Positions 46,985 through 60,300 are shown, counted from the first letter of the stretch. The stretch: DNA of 64,000 bases from Eledone cirrhosa (GCA_964016885.1 OZ024753.1:14446001-14510000); one strand, 5' to 3'. The notes: generated from the letters alone by a model not told the origin. Made by a program: numbers and translations.

Positions 46985-47215
46985 CGTAAAGACCTGAAGA
47001 TCTATCTCTTCATTGCTGTAGTGGAGTCTGTGTTGCTGTACGGGTCTGAGACTTGGACACTGACCAAGAAACTCACTCAGATGGCGGAGACCAAGGTTGA
47101 CATATGTCTCTTGGACACTGGTCTCTTGGAGATGCAGGACATGACAGCGATGATGAGGGACAGAGACCACTGGAGAGAACTCATCCATGGATCTTGGGAA
47201 TTTTACCTGCCCTAA
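46985..47215 (+). mobile_element. deleted 3' fragment of the same family as 13970-14778
   Basis: ESVLLYGSETWTLTKKLTQM fused to ...GSWEFYLP*. Confidence 0.85.
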
Positions 47216-47706
47216 ATATATATATATATATATATATATATACTGTATATGTTTTTTTTTTTTTTTCTTTTCGATCGACTTTCGTCAAATTGGACCAAGG
47301 AAACAATGTTTCTGTTGGTCTTTCCATTTGCTAATACTATCTGTCGAGCTAGAAGGAGCAACGTGAAATAAAGTGTCTTGTTCAAGGACATAATGTATCA
47401 CCCGGTCTAGGAATCGAACCGACAACCTCACGATTGCGAATCCAGTTCTCTAACCAATCAGCTATACACCTTCACACCAATCAGCTACATGCCTTCACTA
47501 TATATACTGTATATGTGTATGTATATATATATACTGTATATATATATATATATTTAGGTTTGTTGGTTCACCACTGAATAGAATTGGTCATTCCGTATGG
47601 TCAATCTTGATGTAATATTATGGAGAGTACTCAACGTAATGCAGCTCACCCGTCTTCATTTGTGTAGTTGGTGGTGTGAATACGGAGTTAATTATTATAA
47701 ATAAAA

Positions 47707-48053
47707 TGAAGGCACATGGCTTAGTGGTTAGAGCATTGGCCTTGCAATCGAAAGGTTGTGAGTTCAATTCTCAGACCGGGTGATGTGTTGTTTCCTTGAG
47801 CAAGACACTTTATTTCACATTGCTCCAGTTTACTCAGCTGTAGAAATGAGATGATAGGGACTGGGGTCCCTATCATTCCACTGCAAAGTGGTCGTGCAGG
47901 TGCCACAGCAAAAAAGCACCCAGCACTCACTGTAAATGAGGTTGGTGTTAGGAAGGGCATCCAGCTGTAGAAATCAAGCCAGATTCAGTTCCCGTCTCAC
48001 CCTTGCAAGCAGGGAAAAGCGGACGTAAAATGAAATGATGATGATGAATGATG
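47707..48053 (+). mobile_element. SINE family A
   Basis: Full length, (GAT)n tail. Confidence 0.9.
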
Positions 48054-48267
48054 AAAATAACAGGAGGCTGGACTGGTGTAAATCCTTGAAAGGGTTATTA
48101 TACTATGATCATTTCAATGACTGGGATACACACAGCAATAACATTAACCCTGTTAGGGCTGTGCACGGCAGTGGAGTGGCTAGTGCAGCCACATGTGTGA
48201 GAACCCCCCGACCATCATCAAGCAATCGCACAACCACCACCACATCAACAACAACAAGAACAAAAAT

Positions 48268-49255
48268 ATGAAGATCTCAAATCTCAGAATTGCCACACTT
48301 AATGTTGGCACTCTAACAGGCAGATCTGGTGAGATAGAGGAGATGCAGGTGGATGTGTACTGTGTGCAAGAGGTGAGATGGACAGGTGACTCTGCAAGAC
48401 TAATCGCAAGCAAACATCTTATTTATAAGCTTTTCTGGGTAGGTAATGATGATGGGTTAGGTGGGGTAGGCATTTTACTGGCTGAGAGATAGATCGATAA
48501 GACAATAGAGGTAGTTAGAGTCAGTAATAGAATAAATGGATGCCCATGGGAACTTCTCTATGCTGATGAACTGGTTCTTATAGCAGAATCAGTAGAGGAG
48601 TTAGAGAATAAATTCTGGCTATGGAAACAGCAGTCAGAAGCAAGAGGACAGAGTGAACCTAGCTAAGACAAAAGTGTTGATGAGTAGAAAAGAGGACAAA
48701 ACTCTGATTCCGTCAGGGAAATGGCCATGTTCGATATGCAGAAAAGGAACTGGCATAGATTCTATAAAATGTACACAATGCAGATCCTGGGTACACAAGA
48801 GATGTAGTGGGATAGCAGGCAAACTAACAGGTAGGGAAAAATACGCATGCAATAGATGTACAGGGAAAGTTGACAGTAGAAGTCGCAGTGATAGACACAT
48901 TTTTCAAATACAGGTAGATTCTCTAGAAGTGGTTGATAGCTTCTGGTACCAAGGTGATCAGATTAGCATGGGAGGGGGTGTTCCAAGGCCATAGTATCTA
49001 GAATAAGGACAGGTTGGAAAAAGTTTAGGGAGCTGCTTCCTCTGCTGACAAAGAAGAGTTTCTCCCTGCGTACGAAAGGCCGGTTATATGACGCTTGTGT
49101 GAGATGCACGATGCTGCATGGTAGTGAGACATGGGCAGCAACTGCAGAGAATATGCGAGAGCTGGAGAGAAATGAGGCAAGCATGCTCTGTTGGATGTGC
49201 AATGTCAATGTATGTGAACCACCAAGCATGGATGAGTTGAGAGAGAAACTGGCCT
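48268..49255 (+). mobile_element. older, internally deleted RTE-clade LINE (APE endonuclease start fused to RT C-half)
   Basis: LRIATLNVGTLTGR...CVQEVRW...GVGILL, then a jump at ~48537 to [19 protein letters not shown]..., LHGSETW. Contains stops and frameshifts. Confidence 0.9.
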
Positions 49256-49731
49256 TTCGTACACAGGAAGAAACCCTTATTTGTCTATATATATATATAT
49301 ATATATATATTATTTTCGGCTGCATGGGTGATTTTAGGCATGACCTCTATGTGTTGGTATTTTAACGATAGTTATAGCTCTGATTTTTCCAAATTATTGA
49401 GCCCTCTGCCACATATATCGGATATTGTTTATCGTGATTTCGTGGGCTGATATTCCGATTCTCGATTATTCTACTATAAATATATATAATGGTAGCATCT
49501 CAGTTTTGAGAATAGCCATCCCTTACATGTATATGTATATATTTTATTTTCCTACGAGTAAAGTGGTAGCAACTTCAAAATATCAGTTTTGGTACTTCAC
49601 CATGCTACATTGAAGGGTCATTCTGTTAACGTCTAAATGTTGTAGGTACAATGGTGTTTTAAAAACCCATTCATAAATGTTTCTGTATGTCATCATCATC
49701 ATCATCATTTTAGGATGATGATGATGACATA

Positions 49732-49781
<50 letters not shown>

Positions 49782-49835
49782 TAAAACACTGGTGGGTTAT
49801 ATCTGTAGAACTACTTCTATGTGTGCACGTGTGTT

Positions 49836-49872
<37 letters not shown>

Positions 49873-50156
49873 CAACCACTGTATCATAGACAACTTATAT
49901 ATTTCCAGGGGTACTTAGTACCTGTGGGGATATTAACTACTTTTAATATTCTCCGTTATGTAGAGAACAAATCTGTTGTTCTATTTAGCTGCTATTTTTA
50001 GTGGCGAGATAGACAACACGTCTATGTTTACTTCCGCTTCTACTAAGGGCTAGTTCATGCTTAGGTCAAATTTTCGGCCCCATTCGATCCTGTGCTAGCT
50101 GGGAGATGGCAATATAGTTTGCCGTTCCTGGGACTTTTTGTCCTAGGAAAGGAAAA

Positions 50157-50240
50157 TGCTCTCTGATGATCTGGACTTTTCCATTGGAAGTCCCTAGGGA
50201 TCTCCCAATCTTTTGTGAAGTGAAACCATCGGTAAAAGCA
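50157..50240 (+). ncRNA. candidate hammerhead ribozyme with enlarged stem II region
   Basis: tgctct-CTGATGA-[52 nt incl. ggacttt/gaagtcc hairpin]-GAA-Acc(atc)gGT-A-aaagca. Confidence 0.45.
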
Positions 50241-50329
50241 AATGGAATAGGTAAATATTTAAATTATATTTTTTAAATCTTGCTTGCTCCGCTTATCTCA
50301 ATATTATATATATCTATATATATCTATAT

Positions 50330-51311
50330 CTGGCACACTGAGTGTGCCCAGGCGCTCACCGCCCTCTGGCAGGCGGATCCGGTTATCAGTGGAGACTCCA
50401 CCGCAACATTCTATAGAGGGCTGGTACGCAGCAGGTGCGACGACGCCCTCGGAGAAGCCCTAGACATGGAGGAGGACGAACTGGCCAGCCTGTTCGGTAG
50501 GACATTCAGCCCAGGACCTATGGACAATTTCCAGAAGTCCCTGGCCTGGCAGTGCTACCGAGGGGCTTTACCCGTTCGAGAAAGGCTCTACAGACACGGG
50601 CGCCCGGGTAGGGACCCCGCCAAAAAGATCTGTCCCAGATGCGTGTGCGACGAGGAAACCGTTGCACACGCATTGGTACACTGCTCGGGCGTAGCCGATC
50701 TGTGGGGCTATGTCGAACAACTGCTGTCAAGGGTGGGACCGATCCGGTTGACCACCGAGTCTATTGTAATGATCAAGCCGCCTCCCCCCTTCAAAGATGA
50801 AGCAGAGGCGGTGTTTCTGTGTGTAATAGCCATGGCGAAAGAGGTTGTATGGTGGACGCGTCTGAAAGGACTGAGGTCAGGCACCTTTCTCTCTGGCCAA
50901 CAACTGGTCCGTTTCTTCCGATATCATTTCGGAAGAAGGATCAGGATGGAGAGAGAGGTGCTGCACCCCAGCCGTTTCTATGAAAGATGGGTGAAAGTGG
51001 CGAGAATGGCCCGTGTGAATGGGCCTTCACTCTACATCAGACTATAGGTGAGGAAGATGAAAGACCAAGGGAGCACCCCTTCTCTGTGCTCCTGAGGAGA
51101 AGGGTTGCACACTTTTTTCGGGGGTGTGTGCGACCCCCCAAGGCGCCTCCTCTCTATTGAGGATTTTGTTAAAAATTTTATTTTTTGTTATATCTTATTT
51201 TATTTTTATATTTTGTTATTGCCTCCTCCTTATTGAGGACGCCTTTTTGTGTAAACTCCCCCCCTTTGTACTTGTCCCACTTTTGATGCCCTAGTGGCAA
51301 ATAAAAGAAAC
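50330..51311 (+). mobile_element. 5'-truncated L1/Tx1-like LINE (C-terminal zf-RVT region + 3' UTR)
   Basis: LAWQCYRGALPVRERL...CPRCVCDEETVAHALVHC. Homologous to 54751-55049 and 58400-58763. Confidence 0.9.
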
Positions 51312-51421
51312 ATATCTATATATATATCTATATATATATATCAAAAGCATGTATTGAGTTAGAAATTCAAAATAGTCTCATTACAGTAAATTAGCTCTAG
51401 GAAATAGATTTTTCCGAGCCG

Positions 51422-51965
51422 TATATAACTGAACAAAAAGGAAAAACGAACACAGACATATATATATATATGTGTTCAAATCGTAATGGACCAAAATCAC
51501 TAAGGTGAAAAAAATACTAACTACAGACAACAGGGTTTGCTAGACTCAATTTAAGAATAAATTAAGAAAAATAAATACAAACCAGTATTGTGGTAACTAC
51601 CATCACCCAGACGGTCTTTGATAGAACCGTTTCGCAATATTCTTTGCGAAGAGATATACCAATTCCAGGCTCATCAGTGGGTGGTGAAATTAGTATCCTC
51701 CTCACTTCTAAGTCAAATAGAAAACTGGAAAATGTGTGTATATATATATAAAACGCACATGGTTCCTGAACTTAGTAGTTACTATGGTAGTTACCACAAT
51801 ACTGGTTTGTATTTATTTTTCTTAATTTATTCTTAAATTGAGTCTAGCAAACCCTATTGTCTGTAATTAGTATTTTTTTCACCTTAGCGATTTTTGTCCA
51901 TTACGATTTGAACACACATGTATATATATGTCTGTGTTTGTTTTTCCTTTTTGTTCAGTTATATA
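51422..51965. mobile_element. inverted-repeat element with hammerhead in spacer (Penelope-like)
   Basis: ~180-bp arms at 51422-51603 and 51784-51965. Confidence 0.75.
51601..51686 (-). ncRNA. type I hammerhead ribozyme, intact core
   Basis: caccaccca-CTGATGA-gc[33 nt]gc-GAA-Acggtt(ctatcaaa)gaccGT-C-tgggtgatg. Stem I 8 of 9 bp, stem III 6 bp, GUC triplet. Confidence 0.85.
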
Positions 51966-53074
51966 TATATATATATACATATATATACCATTTTTTTTCA
52001 TACTTGCAGTATATATATATATATATATATGTATATAAGGGGTCCTACCCTTGCAAGCAGGGAAAAGCGGATGTAAAATGATGATGTTGATGATGATACA
52101 TATACCATTTTTTTTCATACTTGCAATATATATATATATATATACTCTCTCTCTTTATATATATATATATATATATATGTTTGTGAGTGTGTATGAACGT
52201 GTGTGTATATCATCATATATATATATATGCTTGTGAGTGTGTATGAATACGTATGTGCATATCATCATCATATATATATAAATATATATATATATATACA
52301 CCTATTAGATGCTTCTTTACAAACACATCCAGCCATACAGAAGAAACAGGAGACACATTAAAATAAATGGTTATGATGAAATTATTGCAGAAGGATGTGC
52401 CAAAAGACATCAGATGATGCCAGGCATATATGCGCGGTGTCCTTAGATCTTTTACAAACCAACAAACAAAACACCACAAAGAAAACCAGCAAAACAAAAC
52501 ACGAGGATGTGGCTGTAGATGTGACTGTTAGACATATCTGTGATCTCCTCAGATCTTTTACAAATCAACAACACAAAAAAAAAAACGCAACAAAACAACA
52601 AAAAACACAACCATTGAATACATTAAAAAATAACATTATATATTTCGTTTTTTGTATTCTTAAATGAATGTAGTTCAAATGAGATACAAAAGGCATTTAG
52701 TAAGACCGTATTTTAGATTGAGGAGACCGTGTATCAATATTCACAAGTTTACTCTGTTATCAGTAAATGATTATATGATATATATATATATATATACACA
52801 CATATATACACATATGTATATATATATAGAGAAAGAGAGAGGGGGAGGGAGAGAGGGGGAGAGAGGGAGGGAGAGAGAGAAAATGTACGCATATACACAT
52901 GCCAATATATATATAGAGAGAGAGGGGGAGAGAGAGATAGAGAGAGGGGGAGAGATAGAGATAGAGAGAGGGGGAGAGATAGAGATAGAGAGAGGGGGAG
53001 AGAGAGCTAGAGAGAGAGGGAGAGAGAGAGAGGGGGGGAGAGAGTGAGAGAGAAAATGTACACATATACACATG

Positions 53075-53114
<40 letters not shown>

Positions 53115-53118
53115 TATA

Positions 53119-53288
53119 CATCATCATCATCATCATCATCAACGTTTAACGTCCGTGTTCCATGCTTGCATGGGTTTGGACGGGGGTAGTCCCACTTGAG
53201 GCAAGAGTGATTGTCTTGCTCGCATAGGACTGTCTGGCAGGTTTTCTACAGTTGGATGCCCTTCCTAACACCAACCACATTTACAGTA
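53119..53288 (-). mobile_element. RTE 3'-UTR-only insertion
   Basis: Reverse complement of ~2935-3100 including the (GAT)n tail. Confidence 0.85.
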
Positions 53289-53512
53289 TATATATATATA
53301 CATATATATACATATCTATATATATATACTCATACAAACATGCTTATATATATATACACACACAAAGTTTATATATATATATACACACACACAAAGGTTA
53401 TATATATATATATACACACAAACATGCTTATATATATATATATACACAAACATGCTTATATATATATATATACACAAACATGCTTATATATATATATACA
53501 CACAAACATGCT

Positions 53513-53548
<36 letters not shown>

Positions 53549-53596
53549 AAGGCGAAGAATGAGGGGGAGAAATAATTTGCACATATACACACACCA

Positions 53597-53627
<31 letters not shown>

Positions 53628-53813
53628 TGTGTGTGATGGCCCCAGCAATCAAAGGAAGAAAGATCAATGGTATTACAATATATTGGACACAGAGAATATA
53701 TTAAAACATAAAGAAAAGAACCTGTTGTGGCGGACATTGGTTGGGTGTTTGTTGCTTTAGTTCTGCATGTTGTGAATATATTATATAGCTTGTTATGTAA
53801 TGAATTGCATTAA

Positions 53814-54151
53814 TGAGAGAGGAGGAGGAGGAGAGAGAGAGAGAGGGAATGAGAAGGGAGGGAGAGGGCGGGGGAGGGAGAAAGAGAGAGAGTATGTGTG
53901 TGAGAGAGACAGAGTGAGGGAGAGAAAGAGAGAGGGAGCAAGAGAGAGAGAAGGGAGGGAGAAAGAGAGAGTATGTGTGTGAGAGAGACAGAGTGAGGGA
54001 GAGAAAGAGAGAAGGGAGGGAGAAAGAGAGAGTATGTGTGAGAGAGACAGAGTGAATGAGGGAGAGAAAGAGTGAGAAAGAGAGGGGGCAGGTGAGAGAG
54101 AGACGGAGAGAGAGGGAGCAAGAGAGAGAGACGGAGAGAGAGAGAGGGAGC

Positions 54152-54190
<39 letters not shown>

Positions 54191-54313
54191 AGAGAGAGAG
54201 GGAGGGATGAGGGATAAGGTAGGGAGAAAGAGAGAGTATGTGTGTGAGAGAGACAGAGTGAGCGAGGGAGAGAAAGAGAGGGAGAAAGAGAGAGGGAGAA
54301 AGAGAGAGGGAGA

Positions 54314-54354
<41 letters not shown>

Positions 54355-54447
54355 TGTGAGAGAGAGAGAGGGAGGGAGAGTGTGTGTGTGAGAGAGAGAG
54401 AGAGGGAGAGTGTGTGTGTGTGAGAGAGAGAGGGAGAGAGGAGAGAC
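53814..54447. repeat. (GA)-rich tract with ~60-bp higher-order units
   Basis: gagtatgtgtgtgagagagacagagtga recurs four times. Confidence 0.9.
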
Positions 54448-54750
54448 TCATTATTTTATTTGGAACAAACAAAAGCAGAAGAGCATGATGACCTTGTGTT
54501 GTTTTCTAACAATAAAGTCAGAAATGGTTGACATCAAAGTTATGAAGAGCCAAACCTTGAGAGACTCACCACTTACATAACTCTTCTTTCTTTTGTAATT
54601 TCACATTAGTCTGTCTTCATCTACTTTCTCACTTCATCTTTTTATCTCTATCAATCTGTCTCTCTATCTGTCTGCCTCTCTCTCTATCTGTCTCTCTCCC
54701 TGTCTATCTGTGTGGCTATCTGTCTACCTGCCTATCTATCTATCTATCTA

Positions 54751-55470
54751 TTGACCACCGAGTCCATTGTCATGATCAAACCGCCACCCTCCTTCAAAAA
54801 CGAAGGAGAGGCGGTTTTCCTTTGTGTGACAGCTATGGCGAAAGAGGTTGTATGGTGGACAAGGTTGAAAGGGCTGAGGTCAGACACCTTTCTCTCCGGC
54901 TAACAACTGATTCTTTTTTTCAAATACCACTTTGGAAGAAGAATCAGGATGGAGAGAGAGGTGCTGTACCCCAGCAAGTTTTATGAAAGGTGGGTGAAAG
55001 TGGCGAGAATGGCCCGAGTGAATGGGCCTTCTCTCTATATCAGCCTGTAGGTTGAGGAAAAGGAGGAGGAGAGGAAGGGAGTACAAACTCTTCGTACTCC
55101 TGGAGATGAGGGTTGCACATTATTTTTTTCGGGGGTATGTGTTACCCATATAAACTGTCTCCCTCTATTGGGGAAAATCGATTAACTTTTTAAATTCCAT
55201 TTGTGATAACATTTTACACGTTTTTATTGTATGTAAACTTCCCCCTTTGTATTTGTCCCCTTCTTTTGTGCCCCTGTGGCTAATAAAGAAATATATCTAT
55301 CTATCTATCTTTTTATTGTATGTAAACTTTCCCCTTTGTATTTGTCCCCTTCTTTGTGCCCCTGTGGCTAATAAAGAAACATATCTATCTATCTATCTTT
55401 TTATTGTATGTAAACTTTCCCCTTTGTATTTGTCCCCTTCTTTTGTGCCCCTGTGGCTAATAAAGAAACA

Positions 55471-55490
<20 letters not shown>
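54751..55490 (+). mobile_element. short 5'-truncated copy of the same L1/Tx1-like LINE with triplicated 3' end
   Basis: LTTESIVMIKPPP...ERWVKVARMARVNGPSLYISL*. ~89-bp terminal unit starts at ~55221, 55310 and 55398. Confidence 0.9.
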
Positions 55491-55513
<23 letters not shown>

Positions 55514-55515
<2 letters not shown>

Positions 55516-58500
55516 CGGATAGTGTTGACCTGCGCTGCTTCGCTGCTAAGTTTTTTGTTAATTTTGCCTGCAAAAAACCGAAATATTTTGTTGAAAACTA
55601 TATTGTTTTGTAGATTAACTCCCCGTGTGGATTGCCAGCGAGTGGGTAATCTCATTTTTTGCACCACAGTGGCGGAAATTTTATTTGAGAAACTTTTGAA
55701 AAAAGAAAAAATTATTTTATGATCAACAATGGCTAGCGAACTACGAACGCTAGTCTCCACTGCTGAAGCAAGTGGAGAGAGGAAGGTAATAGTTAACGTT
55801 GCCAAGCCGTCTGCCTGCATAGACGTCGCTATGGTTACAAATAGTAACAACATAGTTTTTCGCCAAAAAGAAGGTGAAACAAGTGACTCAATGAATGAAT
55901 GAACCACAGCGCACAGAACACACAAAAACCATAATGAGACAATTTCCACAACCATAAATAAAAACAATGCCAACAACAATACCAAAAAAAAAAAAAAAAA
56001 AAATTTTTCGCTGAAACAGTAAAAAAAAAAACCCGAGTTTAAAAATTTAGATATCTCCAATGTCAGCGAGATGCTCAGTGAAAGAAAAAAGATTTGTGAC
56101 TTTCGAAGAAAAGGGTGGGTTTAAAATAAACTGACCCCCTGAAATCCGCTTTAAAACACTCCGAAGGACTATTACTTTCAGAACTGTCTCAAATGCTATG
56201 AGAAAGCCGCCATTCCTCAGTGAAGGGGAAATAGAAGCGGTATTGAAGGAGGCATTGCTGGATATAGATTTCATGCAGAGGGCCAGACAGTATGGAAGCA
56301 TTTCGGTGCTTCTCAAAAGCGAGGCCCTCGCACAAAAATATTTGGTGGTTCCGGTCACATCTGCCAACTACACCTTTTCCCCTTCTTACCTGGAAATAAG
56401 AACCCCCAAAAATAAAAAAATCTCAAATATACCACCAAATATCAATATTTGGTGGATTTTGGCAGGATTTTTAGAGGAGGGAGAGGACACCATCCTCTCC
56501 ATAAAAAAAATCTACCAGACACACTTGCTCTGGTACAAATTTGGAAATTCTAGTAGAGATGAGGCCGGAGAGAATTTCCAAGATTCCGGAGAGGGTACTA
56601 GTGGACAACAAGAGCCACATCAATATTTCTACTGAAGGAGGGACACGGCACTGCTTTTGATGTTCCCCACATCGCATTTAAAGGCCTCCTGCCCTTTATA
56701 GACACATTTTTTAAAAATCAAAAACTACCACCACAACAACAACACACAAAACAAGCAAACACACAAAAACAAACAACCACTCAATCACAAACAACAATAA
56801 AACACAGACAACTCCCCTGAAGAACACAGTCCCACCTCATCCCACACTACCACAACCATACACACAAACACACCATCACCACACAACATACCCCTCCTAC
56901 ACGCCTCTGATGACAATTCATCATCAGATGAGACTACTTCTCCATCCCCAAGCGAGGATGAAGGAGAGCCTCGGAAATCAAAGAAACAAAAAAAGAAACA
57001 CTGCAATGTCACAAAAACACCAATCACCAACACAAACAACAACACCACCCCAAACCCAAACACCCGCCATAAAAAGAAAACTCCCAGATGAACAAAAAAC
57101 AAAAACAACACAACAAAAACACAAACAACACAGTACGCATACATCAACACCAACAACAAAAACCTGATGGAAGTCATCTCCAAAGACCCCAAAGTGGAGA
57201 CCGAGGGGAAAACTTTCGTGAAATCAGGATCAGCACCACACCTGAAAATTATAAGGGTTCCAATGGAAACTTATAACAAACTGAAAAATGAATTTTCGCA
57301 GGACGTCGGAAACCCCCTGCCAAAAACCCATAAACAGCGTCCTATTAAAATGTTTCCCCACCCAACACACCCACCCGCACCCAAATGGAGATTGAATAAC
57401 CCGATCTCCAGGCAATGAAAAGGTAAGTGCATCTTTTCATCCTTTACGCCAACTCTTCTCCGCCAACATGGCAAATTTATGAGTTGGAAGTGTGAATGTG
57501 CGTGGCCTAGGTATGCCCTAGAAACAAGGCCAACTTTTAAACGGCCTTAGGTCACACAGTATGGATGTGATAGCCATCAGCGAGTCCAAGATCAGGCAGC
57601 AACTAACCCCCATTTTTAATGACTTTGAGATCTACGCATCTCTCTGTCAGCCAGGAGGTGGAGGGGGAGTGGCTGTTATGTTTCGGAAAAAATCTGGACG
57701 TCGAAATATAGCAAATACACTTGGACCCGGAGGATAGACTGGTAGTCCTAGATGTGAACAGTATTGGAGGTGGAGCCTTCAGACTGGTGGTCGTTTATGC
57801 CCCAACTGGGACATCATGGCCAGATTTCTTTAAGTGTCTAGAGTCTTTTCTGGGAATGACTCGCTCCTTGCTTTTAGTGGGGGACTGGAATGGTTTCCTA
57901 GATGCACATTGGGACTATGTAGGAACATGTCCCAATAGAGGGGTGTGCAACAGCCTCAAAAATTTAATTGGCCAATTCCAACTGGTCAATAGGTATCGAC
58001 TAGATTTCCCAACTGCACCACAGTGGACGTGGACAAATCGCAGCGGTACATCTAGATCGTATTTAGATAGATTCTTAATTAGAGAGAGAGAGACAGGAAA
58101 ATGTTAAGTTGTCCACAAATGTTCATGGTTTCCTATTCAGACTACAAACTAGTCACCAGCATAGTCAAACATGATAGTACGCATAGACAGGGAACCGGAC
58201 ACTGGAAGCTGAACATGTCGTTACCGACGCGTAAAGCCTACAGTAGACGGATAAGTAGTTTAGTCAAGCACCAGTTGACGGGAGCCATCGTCAACAATAG
58301 GTGGTGGTACTCTCCCAAGAGAGCAATTAGAGTAGAGTCCATAGCTTTTAGCAAAGAATTAGCCTTAGAGAAAAACAAGACAGAAAGAGAACTAGTAGCC
58401 TTTGTATATTGCCAGGGTGAAACCGACCTGTGGCACTATGTAGAACAACTGCTGTCACATATGGGACAAATCCAGTTGACTGCTGAGTCCATAGTAAGGA

Positions 58501-59010
58501 TCAAATCGGCACCTTCTTTCAAAAACAAAAGAGAGGTGGTTTTCCTCTGTATAGTGGTTATGGTAAAAGAGGTTATACGGTGGACAAGATTGAGAGGATT
58601 GAGGACAGATGCCTTTCTCTCCAGACAACAACTCATTCCCTTCTTTAGAAGGAGAATCAGAGTGGAGAGAGAAGTACTGCACCCCAGTAAATTTACTGAA
58701 AGGTGGGTGAATGTAGCAAAAATGACCCAAGTGATTGGGCCTTCTTTGTATATAAACCTGTAGGTTGAAGAAGAGAGCAAAAAGAAGAAAAGAGCACTTG
58801 CACAACATGCTCCTGGAGTTGAGGGTTGTTCTATCAACGGGGTATTAAACAACCCATTTGTAACGCCTCCCCAGTATTGGGGATTTCGTTTGTTGAATTT
58901 GTTTGTTAAAACTTATTTTTTTACACGATTGTATGTAAAATCCCCAGCATATGTCCTTGTATTGTCCCCTTTTCTTGTGTGCCCTTGTGGCAAATAAAGA
59001 AATATATCTA
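55514..59010 (+). mobile_element. L1/Tx1-like LINE: decayed ORF1, endonuclease, RT deleted, 3' end retained
   Basis: ORF1 remnant with CCHC knuckle (CF*CSPTSHLKASC, ~56652-56693). ORF2 starts at ~57468 (MANL*VGSVNVRGL) with VYAP, LVGDWN, WTW, SYLDR, SDYK, WKLN. Jumps at ~58400 to the C-terminal domain and ends aataaagaaa-(tcta). Confidence 0.9.
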
Positions 59011-59626
59011 TCTTTCAATCACTGTCCGTCTGTTTGTTTGTCTGCCGCTCTCTCTCTCCCTGTCTATCTGTGTGTCTGTCTGTCTACCTGCATATCTATC
59101 TATCTATATATCTATCTATTTGTCAGACACACACACTCTCTCTCTCTCTCTATCTGTTTATCTTTGCTTGTCTATCTGTCCATACATCTGTCTGTTGCCT
59201 GCCTGCCTATCTATCAATCTGTCTGTTTGTCTGCCTGACTCTCTCTTTCTTTCTCTCTGCCTGTCTATCTGTCCATCAGTTTGTCTGTCTGCCTATCTAT
59301 CTATCAATCTATTTATAAAAAATGGAGAGTGAAGTATCAATTTAACAAATGTTTTATCCTCATAAATTAGTTGAAATATAGTGCATGTCATTAGAAATAT
59401 TGTAAAGAAAGAGTTAACAAACTTGCCTAACCATTCAGTAATATTAGTGGAGTCTAGACTTTTGCAAACATTCAGATAGGGCCTATGGTTTGGCGACAAC
59501 TTCCACCTTTCCTCCCACATTGAAAATGACCATCGTCTTTTTCTTTCCTCTGATTTAAAACATCCAATCTCTCATCTCATAATTTCAGCTGATCTGATGA
59601 TCAAACCAAGGAGAGACACCAGATGC

Positions 59627-60300
59627 CTTGATCCACCATCCCTATTCACACCCATACAAGATATTTTGACCCACCATCCATATTCACACCCATACAAGAT
59701 ATTTTGATCCACCATCCATATTCACACCTATACAAGATATTTTGATCCACCATCCCTATTCACACCCATACAAGATATTTTGATCCACCATCCATATTCA
59801 TACCCATACAAGATATTTTGATCCACCATCCATATTCACACCCATACAAGATATTTTGATCCACCATCCATATTCACACCCATACGAGATATTTTAATCC
59901 ACCATCCATATTCACACCCATACAAGATATTTTGATCCACCATCCCTATTAACACCCATACAAGATATTTTGATCCATCATCCCTATTCACACTCATACC
60001 AAATGTTTTGATCCACCATCCCTGTGCACACTAATACCAGCTGTCTTGATCCACCATTCCTATTCAACTGCACACCAGATGTTTTGACGCACCATACCTA
60101 TTTACACCCATACCAGATGTCTTGACCCACCATCCCTATTCACATACACACTAGATGTTTTGATCTGCCATCCCTATTCACACCAATACTAAATGTTTTG
60201 ATCCGCCATCTCTATTCATACCCATGCCAGATCATACCCATGTTTTGATCTAACATTTCTATTGACATTCATATCAGATGTTTCAATCCACCATTCCAAT
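59627..60300. repeat. 38-bp minisatellite
   Basis: gatattttgatccaccatccatattcacacccatacaa, ~17 copies, decaying rightwards. Confidence 0.9.
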
